This document shows positions 52,431-64,000 of a DNA stretch of 64,000 bases, one piece after another. The DNA is taken from contig OZ024741.1 in NCBI GenBank assembly GCA_964016885.1, positions 199,330,001-199,394,000 on the forward strand, written 5' to 3'. Each line of letters begins with the position of its first letter. Position 1 is the stretch's first letter. Under the pieces are notes generated by a model. That model was not told the DNA's origin. It ran no database searches and saw only the letters and a list, made by a program, of their open reading frames with translations. The translations under genes and the position numbers were made by a program. Source of the DNA: Eledone cirrhosa. Lineage: Eukaryota.

Positions 52431-53135
52431 ATAAAATGATCAAAGATATCAACCACACATATTTATTGTCTGGATATAATCTTTTCTCATCATCATCATC
52501 ATGATATACATTTTAAACCACCATTATCATTGTCATCATAATTTTCTTTATCAATACCATCATCATAATTTTAAAATACCTCCTAAAGTTGATATATATG
52601 ATGATGGTGATTATGACAGTAAAGGTGGATGGTCGTGATGATGATGATAACAAAGTTGATATCTATGATGATGATGATGATGATGAAGTTGTTAACTGAT
52701 GATAATAATGCTGATGGTAATTGGTATTTTTGATTTCTCATAAAATAATTCATTTAACATATTTGTTCTTTCTCTCATAAAATAAACTCACAATCTTCTT
52801 TATTTCTATGGAATCACAAGTACTTTGTGATTGAGAGTTCCCTCTTGGCACTTATTCCCTTGGTAGGAAAAAAAATCAATATTAAACCTGCTTCTTCTAT
52901 TGTATTGGTGTTGCTAGTATTGTTGCTGTTACTACTTCTGTTGTTGTTATAGTTTCAGGGTTGTGGGATAGTGGTAGGTGAAATATTGAGGTTTGGATAC
53001 CTTTGAGATATTGCTGTTTTCTTTTTAGTATATTACAGTAGTAGTTGTGATGGTGATGTTAGTTGTAGTGGTGGTGGTAGTTGTCATGGTAGTAGTAATA
53101 GTCATAGTTGTAGTAGTGGTGGTGATGGTGGTGTC

Positions 53136-53167
<32 letters not shown>

Positions 53168-54927
53168 AATTTTAATCTAATGTAATACAGTGGATTAGAG
53201 TATAACATAAGTGGAGTGTGACATGAGCAAGATGGTGGAGTGTGAAATAGTACAATGTAGTGTGCCATATTACAAGGGTGTGTATTAGGTTTTTCTTCCA
53301 AGTTCAATACCCTCCAGAGTAAATTTCATCTTTCATTCTTCTTAGTATATAAATAAATATTGATAATATCAACAATACACTCACTCTAAACGAAAATTGT
53401 TGTTGGGTCTAGTAAAAATTATCTAATTGATTGTAACATTAAAGAAACTGCTATATTGGGTCATACTGAAGGTGTTTCACTGACAGAAGATTAGTAAAGA
53501 TATGATAAATATTTAGTTTTTAAAAAAATCATAGGCAAAGTTGTTTTCAGTAAACATAAAATTTTGAAATTCTATCATCAAGAGGTTAGTGACATAAATT
53601 ATCGAGTGATGCTAACAAACATCCTTTCCCTGGATACATACCAATTCTTTCATCAGCATAATTAAGATGAAAGACACTATATATGAATGAATTAATTTAA
53701 GGTTTTGATGGATATACTAAATCACCATCATCATCACCATTTAACATCCATTTTCTCTGCTAGCAATAGTTGGACAGGTTTCCACAGACTGAGTCAGTGC
53801 TCAAGTGGAGCTATTGATGTCTCAGTTATTAATTATTTAATTAAAATGGTATTTAACAAAAGGTTCTCATATCAAATTATCTTGGAAAATTTTAATTTAA
53901 TGTGTTTCCCCTATAAATATGAACTATTAAAAATAGGTTGCTTTGTTTCATAGAACCAAAGACAGTTTTGGGCAGGTTGGTATCAAAAGCATTAAATCAA
54001 GGTTTTTAAATTAACAACTTGACAATTCAAGAATAGCTAAGGAAGTTGTGCAGATAGCAAATTTCAAATGATTATGGGAGAGATTCTCATTTTTATTTTA
54101 AAGGCCATTTTAGGCAGGTGATAAAAATTTGAAATGGTTCACATCTCCTCTGAAATAGCTTTATGAAAGCAGTGTAACTTATCACCCCCCCCCCCCCCGC
54201 TTCCTTTCTTTAGTTGTTTAATCTCCTCCTTTTTTCTTACTCTTTTTCTTATTTTCTGTTCTTTCACTAAATCTCATGGAATATACAGCTATCATTTCTT
54301 TACAAAACTATCAAGCCATAAACAGTTTTAATAAAAATGATACCTATTGGGGAAAAAAAAGCATTAAAAGTTAGGTGTCTAATGATTTGGATTACTTAAT
54401 AGATATTTTTCCAAGTATCATATCATGACAGCAAAAAGGTAATAATAATTTATGTTCTTACTTCAAATGTTTTATATTCTACTCCACATATTTTTCTTTG
54501 TTAATGATCACACTTTAAATACTTTTTCTATAAATAAAAAAGAAATTAGTGGTAGAATTAATAGTGTTGAATAAAATATCAATTAGCATTTAATACATCT
54601 TTTTTACATTTTGGGTTCATACTGTGATAGCAAGAGGTGAAATAATTTTTTACTGTTCTTACGGAAATTGTTTAAAATTTAACCCCACATATTTTTTGTT
54701 TGTGACTACAATTTAAATAGTTTTAGCATAAAAAACCAACAAATGTGTGTTAAAATTGATAGTGTGTTGAATAAAATAATGATTAGTATTTGATACGTCT
54801 CTTTACATTTTGAGTTCAAATCCTGTGATAAATAAAAAGTAACCTAGGTCAATATATATAGCTTATTGAAGCTCAGAGTGAATGTCATAGAGTATCAGTG
54901 AACTCAAGTTTTGAACATGTTCCCCCC

Positions 54928-55050
54928 TATAGTCTTATAGTATACAGTGTTACTATAGCAACACTATATACTATAACAGACTACAGTAACACTATATACT
55001 ATAACACACTACAGTAACACTATATACTATAACACACTACATACTATCAC
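54928..55050. repeat. AT-rich ~28-bp minisatellite (AACACTATATACTATAACACACTACAGT), same family as the Hero flanks
   Basis: Reverse complement of arrays at 48590-48657 and 49717-49850. Confidence 0.75.
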
Positions 55051-55189
55051 AGACCTCTATCTTATTGGAAGATTTTTATGAATTATAACCTTTAGATTAT
55101 TTTACATAATTTGTTCAATAAATTTAATAAATTTAATTTAAAGTACATAATGTTTGTAATGAAAAGAAACAAAAATGAAATATCATAAT

Positions 55190-55447
55190 TCCAATATTTC
55201 GTACATGTAGTTAGAATGTCTCAGAAAAGAATTGCTGGACAGATTTTATGGGCAAAACTGACTGGCAGGAGACCCAGGGATAGACCCCGAGCAAGATAGT
55301 TGGATAATATCCTTGAGTTTGGCTGGTCTCGCTTGGGGATCCAGCCAGATCAATTAGAGATGGTTGCTTCTGACTCACTGGAAGGCATGCTTGAGGACTC
55401 TTCTCCCACAACCCTCCCAAGAATAAGTGGGCAAAGAAAAAGAAGAT
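55190..55447 (+). mobile_element. RTE family C 3' end
   Basis: Matches 29980-30220. Confidence 0.8.
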
Positions 55448-56249
55448 ATAAAAAAATAATGTGAGTAAAAGAAATGTGGAGGGAATGGCAGACTCTACAC
55501 CTCATTCTAGGTAGTATATTTCACCTGGACCTCACAGACATAGAGAACAGCCAGTGACACCTACTGCATCAACTACTCAACCTCACAGGGTTCCCTCTGC
55601 AGGCAGGATACTCCTCCCAATTTTGACGGTGACCAGCACAAAAAGGGAACAGTCAGCTCCAGATTCTGATAAAGTGCTAATAAATAAGTTTCTTGTCATC
55701 AGGCATACACAACATATGGACAGATATAAAGGTACTAGATTTTGTGCATTGCTTTTTTGGGTGTTGTTTAGTCACAGGCCATCCTTGATTTAGCAAATGT
55801 AAAATCAATGCCATTCTAGCCATAACCATACATCCTTTTCTTAGACACACCATCCAATGTATCCTTCTTTTTTATGATGCTAAGATCTGATTTAAGGGAT
55901 TTCTTGCTATTTCTTGCAGGTTAAGTTACCACATAAAATTCCCCCTATTATTTCACAATAATTTATTGATGTTAGTGAGGGCACTATTGATTGTGAGACA
56001 AACAATTGGGTCTATGAACCAACTTCAATTCTTGGTTGCAGCCATCTTACTTCACTTATAGCACTGATACCTTTGGGGAAGACATGGATGCTTCAACATC
56101 CCAATCTCTATCCTCTAGATGTACTCATTATTTTAGAGATTAGTTATTACTAAAGTCAATATATTGATTGGATTAATAAAGCATCTTTTGTGTTTCAATA
56201 TATTTTCTAGTTGTTTCCTGTTGCTATATTTTTACAAAGTTTTCATGTA

Positions 56250-58085
56250 TAAATCAGGATGTTGTTGGAGATAAATGTGTCCGGAATGATGCTGGTGTAC
56301 TTAGTGTCACGAATGATCAGAAAAAGAAGGCCTGGAAATGTCATTATGAGAGACTGATGAATGTGGAGAACAAATGGGAGAGAGAGAAATTACACTTAGT
56401 AGATCCGACAGAGGGACCAACTATTGAGATTGACGAATATAGGGTCCAAGAGGCGATTAAGGAAATGAAAAATGGTAAGGCTGCTGGACCATCGGGAATA
56501 GTTGCTGAGATGCTGAAGGCATCAGGGGACGTAGGCACTAAACTGGTTGCACGCATCATCAATCAGGCTATATATGGTGGTGTCATACCCAAAGACTGGT
56601 GCAGCAGTATTCTCATAAATTGCTACAAAGGTAAAGGGGATGCTCTGGAGAGGAGCAATTATAGGGGTATAAAACTGATGGATCAGGTTATGAAAGTGGC
56701 AGAAAGGATTTTAGCACAACTAATTAGAGAAAGGGTCAAACTAGATGAGATGCAGTTTGGTTTTGTGCCTGGGAAGAGTACAACAGATGCCCTCTTCTTG
56801 GTGAGACAATTGCAAGAGAGGTTCTTAGAGAAAAATAAGCCACTATACTTAGCCTTTGTTGACCTAGAGAAGGCCTTTGATAGGGTACCCCGATCTGTCA
56901 TCTGGTGGTCCCTAAGGAAACTAGGTGTTGAGGAATGGCTTGTGAAGACAGTGCAAGCTTTGTACAGAGGTACTGTCAGTAAAGTCAGGGTAGGAAAGGA
57001 GTTTAGTGAGGAATTCCAGATACAAGTAGGAGTTCATCAAGGTTCGGTCCTCAGCCCGCTCTTGTTCATTATAGTCCTCCAAGCCATAACAGAGGAGTTT
57101 AAGACTGGCTGTCCATGGGAACTTCTCTATGCTGACGATCTGGTTCTTATAGCAGAATTCGTAGAGGAGCTAGAGAATAAATTCTGGCTATGGAAACAGC
57201 AGTTGGAATCAAGAGGACTGAGAGTGAACCTAGCTAAGACAAAAGTGTTGATGAGTAGAAAAGAGGACAAAACTCTGATTCTGTCAGGGAAATGGCCATG
57301 TTCGATATGCAGAAAAGTAACTGGCATAAATTCTATAAAATGCGCACAATGCAGATCCTGAGTACACAAGAGATGTAGCGGGATAGCAGGCAAACTAACA
57401 GGTAGGGAGAAATATGTATGCAGTAGATGTACAGGGAAATTAGACAGTAGAAGTCGCATTGATAGACACATTTTTCAAATGCAGGAGGGTGCTATAGAAG
57501 TGGTGGATAGCTTCCGGTACCTTAGCATGTGAAGAGGGTGTTCCGAGGCCATAGTATCTAGAATAAGGATGGGTTGGAAGAAGTTTAGGGAGCTGCTTCC
57601 TCTGCTGACGAAGAAGGGTTTCTCCCTGCGTACGAAAGGCCGGTTGTATGATGCCTGTGTGAGGAGCGCGATGCTGCATGGTAGTGAAACATGGGCAGCA
57701 ACTGCAGAGGATATGCGACGCCTGGTGAGAAATGAGGCAAGCATGCTCCGTTGGATGTGCAGTGTAAATGTGCGTGAACGACCCAGCATGAATGTGCTGA
57801 GAGAGAAACTGTCTAAGAGGGATAGAATGTAGTGTATGGGAGAGGAGACTGAGGTGGTATGGACATGTGATGCACATGGAGGATGACCGATGGGTGAAGA
57901 AGTGCCAGGAAATGCCAGTTGAAGGATGACGTGGTAGAGGTAGACCACAAAAAACATGGGCGGAGGTGGTGAGAACAGACCTCAGATCGTTGAAGCTCAC
58001 GGTGGAGATGACGAAGGACCGTGACGAGTGGAGAGATGCTTTGCGAGCAGGGAAGAGCGGACGTAAAATGATGATGATGATGATG
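56250..58085 (+). pseudogene. RTE LINE subfamily A, best preserved copy (334-aa RT ORF 56357-57361, then stops and frameshifts)
   Basis: GKAAGPSGI, NYRGIKL, QFGFVPGKST, FVDLEKAFDRV, GVHQGSVLSP, LLYADDL; TGA in place of Trp at 57359. Confidence 0.95.
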
Positions 58086-59097
58086 GTTCTATGAATATGT
58101 TGCTGAAGTACCAGCTGAAAGGTTTTGAGTTCAAGTCTACTGTCATTGTATATTTGAGTAGAAACTGTTCCACATATATATATATATCACTTTAACCCTT
58201 TCATTACCATATTTCTGATAACATAAAGAGATTTGCTTTATTTAAATACTCCATATATAATATTGGTTCATATATAATACTAGTTCCTTTTTACTAGGTG
58301 CAAAACATCCATATTTTAATAGATGAATAATTGTGTTCACATTTTTTCTCAAAAAATAGTAATAGCATGAGTGAAGTTGTATAAGTTCAGATAAGAATTG
58401 AAACTGCATGGAGATTCAATTTTTTTTAACTTACTTCTTGCTCTATGGCACTGAACATAATCTCAAATTGATGTAAATTATTTGGAAAAGTATTTTCAGA
58501 ATTCACTATCAAAAATATACATAGTTTCTGAAAAAGTTTTTATTTTATTTTATTTTTCCAGATAGAGAAAGTTTTTCTTTTTCATTCACCTTATTAAGTT
58601 TTTCCTGTTAAATCTTGCTTTACATTTCTATTCCAAATATTATTGAATGATTGAATAATCATTTTGAAATTAATTAGAGAGGATAGAATTTGTGTTTATT
58701 TTGTTAAATGTTATTTCTGTATTTTTTCTCAAAGCTTTATGATAATTTCTACAGGAATTTCATTGATTTTTGACAATGTTAGTCTTCAAAGAAATAGCTT
58801 AGGTTATTTCTGATTTTGTTTTGCTTCCTTGTTAATGAATTCTACTTCAGTTTTTGCATCACATCTTTACAATACTCTCTGTTATTCAGTTATATTGAAC
58901 CATTGAGAGATGAATCAGCACAGAATCTGCATTCAAAGTGCCTGCCTGTAAAGGAGGACTTTTGTTAATATCAAAGTTGGTAGGGATGATAGTATTAGCA
59001 GTGGTACTACAGCTTCCACTTGTAACACTAACAACTAATGATAGTAAGCGTTGAGAAGGAACTCATCAATGAGCTACATTGATGTGATATTTTCTAC

Positions 59098-59512
59098 TTA
59101 TTATTATTGTTGTTGTTATTGTTGTTGTTGTTATTGTTATTGTGTTATTTCGTTTAGCTCAGTTCTGTTTCTCTATTGCTGGGTTCAGGCCTTGAACCTA
59201 GGGCATTAGATGTTTTCATTGTAGAGAGAGAACTCGACTGAGAATGTGTGCTGTTCCTAGTAGCCTGATTTTCTGTAGCTCATATTTGCTGATCTTGTAG
59301 GGAAGGATGCTAGGTGCAGATCTGATGATTTAGGTATTAATCCTAATGCTCCTATTACCACAGGGATAGCGTTTGTGGTCATCCTCCACATATGGTTGAT
59401 CTCTATTTCCAGGTCTTTGTAATTTGACAGTTTTTCCAGTGTTTTTATAGATGTATTCTTGTCAGCTGGTACGGAAATATCTATAAGGCTACATGTCCGA
59501 TCTGTTTTATTG
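59098..59512 (-). pseudogene. R4/Dong-like RLE retrotransposon 3' end with (AAT/AAC)n tail
   Basis: LIDISVPAD, EKLSNYKDLEIEINHMW, IPVVIGALGLI, LLGTAHIL. Confidence 0.8.
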
Positions 59513-59516
59513 TTAT

Positions 59517-59900
59517 TATCGGTAGAGGGTCGGACGCCATGCTTTGATGCATAGAGTTACGGCCCTTGCCATTCTGAGTTCAAATCCCGCCGAGGTTAAC
59601 TTTACCTTTCATCCTTACGGGGTCGATAAAATAAAGTACCAGTAATGTACTGGGTAATTGCTGGCCTTGTGCCAAAAGTAGAAACAATTATTATTATTAG
59701 CGCTGGACAACATGCTTCCTGGCATACAGTTACAACCCTTTACATTCTGAGTTCAAATCTGACCAAGGTTAGCTTTGGCTTTCATCCTTACGGGTTCACT
59801 GAAATAAAGTACCAGTAACGCACTGTCGCTCAATTTAATTGACTTTCCCCTCACCCCAAAATTGGTGGCTTGTGCTTAAATCAGAAAACATTATTATTAG
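59517..59900 (+). mobile_element. Two tandem SINE family 1 copies
   Basis: Consensus match, ATT tails. Confidence 0.88.
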
Positions 59901-60464
59901 AGCTGTTGCATCAATGAAGACTGGGTGTTCGGATTCCCTAGTGCTATATTTCTAGCAACATTTATTGTGGTCTTTCTTTTACTGTAGTAGAAACCTTTTC
60001 TACTTTTCTCTGCCAGATTCTGAGGAAGACATTGCAAAGGAGAAATGTCAATAGCCATGACCAATCAATAATGATAGCCAAAACAGAATAATTATAAAGA
60101 ACCTTTTGGAAAATATTTAGATAGCATTTCATTGTAACTAATTAGAGACAGTTCTAAATATGACTACAAATAGGAGATCTTAAACATTGCATTGATTAAT
60201 AATACCAAACTTTTATTAGGTTATTTGTTGTCTATGAGAACCAGTTATTTAATAAAGTTTTTTTCGTTATTAATTTCACATCTAGTATGTCAGGTTAATT
60301 AATGATTGACATCATTTTAGTGTATCCATATATTTAAAAACTCAACCTTAATCAATTCAGAAATATATACATAGAAATATATATGCATGTATATATGTGC
60401 GTGTGCATATGTGTGTATGTGTATATGTGCGTGTGCATATGTATGTATGTATATATGTGTATAT

Positions 60465-63030
60465 CATCATCATCATCATCACCGTTTTACGTCCGTTCTT
60501 CCATGCTAGCATGGGTTAGACGGGTTTTCCTGTTGTGGGCAGTGTCTGGTCGGCTGACCATGCCTTGCTTATACAGGAACTGATTTTGGCTTGATTTCTA
60601 CAGCTGGATGTAGAAATCAAGCCAACCTCATTTACAGTGAGTGCTAGGTGCTTTTTTCCGTGGTGCCTACACGTCCATTTTACAGTGTGGGCTGGGTGCT
60701 TTTTTGCTGTGGCACCTCCACTCCCACTTTGCAGTGGGAGTGTGTGGGGGCATATTGTCTATATGCTTCAGCTTCGGCTTGTACCCATGGGAGGTCGGGT
60801 ACTCTGTATTACTGCGTGACGCGAGAGGTCACGGTCGTGTGTCATCGCCTTTGAGAGGTGTAATTGGGTAAGGTCGGCTTTTATCACCTCATCCCAGATC
60901 TTCCCACTCCGCGGTTTCCATTGACTTTTAGTGCTCAGCACCTTTTTATGCAGCTGTCATCCTTCATACGCATCACATGTCCATACCAACGCAACCGTCT
61001 CTTCTACACACAGCATTTGATTCCTCTTATGCCCAGTCTCTCTCTCAATTCATTTATGCTTTGCCGTTCGCGTATATTACTATTACACATCCATCGGAGC
61101 ATGCAGGCTTCGTTTCTTTCTAATCTACATATGTCTTCCACCTTCAGCGTCCAGGTCTCATTACCATGTAACATTGCTGTTCGTATACACGCATCATATA
61201 GTCTGCCTTTCATTTTGAGGGAAAAGCCTTTCACAGCTAGCAGTGGTAGTAGCTCCCTGAACTTCTTCCATCCCATTCTTACCCTAGTTATTGTACTTTC
61301 TGAACACCCACCTCTGCTGCTAATTCGGTCACCTAGGTAGCAGAAGCTGTCTACTGTTTCTACAGAGCCCTCCCAGAGATTGGTGGTACTTGTTTCCTGT
61401 GGCTGTTTGCTGCTTGCTGTCCCAGCACAGCTGCTACATGTGAAGCCTACATTCTTAATTAAGCTTCCTGAGATCCCACTACATCTCTTGTGTGCCCATT
61501 GTTTGCATTTGGGGCAGAGAATGGAGTTCCTACCTACACCTTTCCTACATACTGAGCAAGGCCATTTCCCCGAGGGGATCTAGGTTCTGTTTTCTCGTCT
61601 ACTTACAAGGACCTTAGTCTTTGTCAGGTTGACTTTGAGACCCTTTCTTTCTAGTACCTGCTTCCAAGTTTGGAATTTCTTCTCTAGTTCTACCATAGAT
61701 TCAGCTATAAGGGCGAGGTCATCTGCATACAGGAGTTCCCATGGGCCTCCGGTCTTAAACTTCTCCGTTATTGCCTGCAGGACTATGATGAAGAGCTAAG
61801 AACAGAGCCCTGGTGGACACTGACCTGTACACTAAATTCCTCGCTATACTCATTGCTAATCCTAACTGCTGACTGTTCCCCTATACATGGCTTGTACAGC
61901 TTTCACAAGCCTAGTTTTCTAAGAACCTACTCCTAGTTTTCTAAGAGCCCACCAGATTATAGCACGTGGAACTCTGTCAAAGGCTTTCTTGAGATCGACG
62001 AATGCTTGTTAGAGTGGCTTACTTTTAGCTAGGTACTTTTCCTGTAACTGCCTCACAAGGAAGAGAGCATCAGTGGTGCCTCTTCCTGGTACAAACCCAA
62101 ATTGCATCTCATCAAGTTTCACCCGGTCCTTAATCAACTGTGCTATAACTCTTTCTGTTACTTTCATGACCTGGTCCATCAGCTTCATACCTCTATAGTT
62201 TCCTCTATCTAGTGCACCACCTTTACCCTTGTAGCAGTTGACAATGATGCTACTGCACCAATCTTTTGGTATGACACCTTCTAGTATTACCTGGTTAACA
62301 ATACGTGTGGTTATAGTGTGATTATAGTGACCCAGATGCCTTCAGCATCTCGGCAGCTATATCCAATGGACCGGTTGCCTTCCCCATCTTCATATCTTTG
62401 ATTGCCTTACTTACTACGCTGCTGCTGACTTGTACTGCTGACCCCTCTATAGGGTCTCTTCTTCCCATGCATTCTCCTCATTTAGTAATCTATCATAATG
62501 ACTCTTCCATGCATCTTTCTTCTCAGCACTTGTAAGAACAAGCTCACCTTTATCATTCCAGATACACTTCTCTCCAATGACATCACAATTCTCTCTGACA
62601 CACTGCTTCGCAATCTTGAATACCTCCTGTTTCTGGTCCTCACGTTGTAAAACATGCTTGAATTTTCTATCCTCTGCTTCCCTCCTAGCTAAGTATACTT
62701 GTCGCCTAGCTTCCCTCCTGGTCTCTATGTAATGCACCCTGCTTCCGCCCGTTCTTCCATTCTTTCCATGCCTGTCTCTTGGCCTTAACTGCCTCATCTA
62801 CCTTATTGTTCCACCACCAAGTCACTCTCCTCCTGCTTGTGGTCTTACTCCAGCCACACATCTCATCCGTCGCCTCTAGTAAGTTATTTTTTAGGAACTC
62901 CCAGTGCTCTTCTACATTGAATGTCTCTATCTGTTCTTCTTTACTGTCGTAGGCATCGAGTAAAGTATCTTTAAATCTGTTACTGGCTGAGGGGTCTTTC
63001 AGCTTGCAGATCTTTCTTCTCCAGGTTGGC
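60465..63030 (-). pseudogene. RTE LINE subfamily B (linker, RT, PHD-like finger, C-terminus, 3' UTR)
   Basis: WWNNKV, GKATGPLDI, NYRGMKL, QFGFVPGRGT, LLYADDL, CRKGVGRNSILCPKCKQWAHKRC. Confidence 0.93.
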
Positions 63031-63031
63031 C

Positions 63032-63086
<55 letters not shown>

Positions 63087-63090
<4 letters not shown>

Positions 63091-64000
63091 TCATCATCAT
63101 CATCACCATTTTACGTCCGTTCTTCCACGCTAGCATGGGTTAGACGGGTTGTCCTGTTGTGTGCAGTGTCTGGTCGGCTGACCATGCCTTGCTCATACAG
63201 GAACTGATCTGGCTTGATTTCTACAGCTGGATGCCCTTCCTAACACCAACCTCATTTACAGTGAGTGCTGGGTGCTTTTTCGTGGCGCCTACACGTCCAC
63301 TTTACAGTGTGGGCTGGGTGCTTTTTTGCTGTGGCACCTCCACGACCATCTTGCGGTGGGGGGTGTGGGGGCATATTGTTTATATGCTTCAGCATGTACC
63401 CATGGGAGGTCGGGTACTCTGTATTACTGCGTGACGCCAGAAGTCACGGTCGTGTGTCATTGTCTTTGAGAGGTGTAGTTGGGTAAGGTCGGCTTTTATC
63501 ACCTCATCCCAAGTCATCTTGGGTCTCCCCACTCCGCGGTTTCCATCAACTTCTAGTGCTCTGCACCTTTTTATGCAGCTGTCATCCTTCATACGCATCA
63601 CATGTCCATACCAGCGCAACCGCCTCTCCTGCACACAGCATTTGATTCCTCTTATGCTCAGTCTCTCTCTCAATTCATTTATGCTTTGTCGTTCACGTAT
63701 ATTACTGTTACACATCCATCGGAGCATGCAGGCTTCGTTTCTCTCTAATCTACGTAAGTCTTCCACCTTCAGCGCCCAGGTCTCACTACCATGCAACATC
63801 GCTGTTCGGATACACGCATCATACAGTCTGCCTTTCATTTTGAGGGAGAAGCCTTTTGCAGCTAGCAGTGGTAGTAGTTCCCTAAACTTCTTCCATCCCG
63901 TTCTTACCCTAGTTATTGTACTTTCTGAACACCCACCTCCGTTGCTAATTCGGTCACCTAGGTAGCAGAAGCTGTCTACTGTTTCTACAGGGCCCTCCCA
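63087..64000 (-). pseudogene. Second RTE subfamily B copy (3' part), head-to-tail with the previous one; runs off the window
   Basis: GRLYDACIRTAMLHGSETW, RRLRWYGHVMRM, GRPKMTW; same 3' UTR and (GAT)n tail. Confidence 0.93.

Noticed and set aside
56357-57361. 334-aa RT ORF as a functional or domesticated gene
   Set aside because: 5'-truncated RTE copy with a premature stop and downstream frameshifts

Overview
AT-rich, repeat-dense eukaryotic DNA. The SINE and RTE families resemble those of octopod cephalopods (inference from memory, no search run). Most of the window looks like giant introns of one + strand gene. Two phase-compatible exons (19869-20026 and 40397-40610, about 20.4 kb apart) encode an IQ-like motif, a charged helix and an LDLDQMFSFL motif, most like the neck/proximal tail of an unconventional MyTH4-FERM-type myosin. 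The rest is decayed mobile DNA: several RTE LINE families (one with a C4HC3 PHD-like finger inside the RT), Tx1/L1-like LINEs, Hero- and R4-like RLE retroelements, an internally deleted piggyBac with related TTAA MITEs, a Helitron-like element, two tRNA-derived SINE families, palindromes and micro/minisatellites. The most notable unannotated signal is a fully paired type I hammerhead ribozyme on the minus strand (8947-9027) inside a non-coding, terminally redundant element with a ~626-bp period (retrozyme/Penelope-like). A second, broken hammerhead-like motif lies on the + strand at ~41.9 kb. Two copies of one RTE family show twin-priming-like 5' inversions. Boundaries of decayed elements are approximate.
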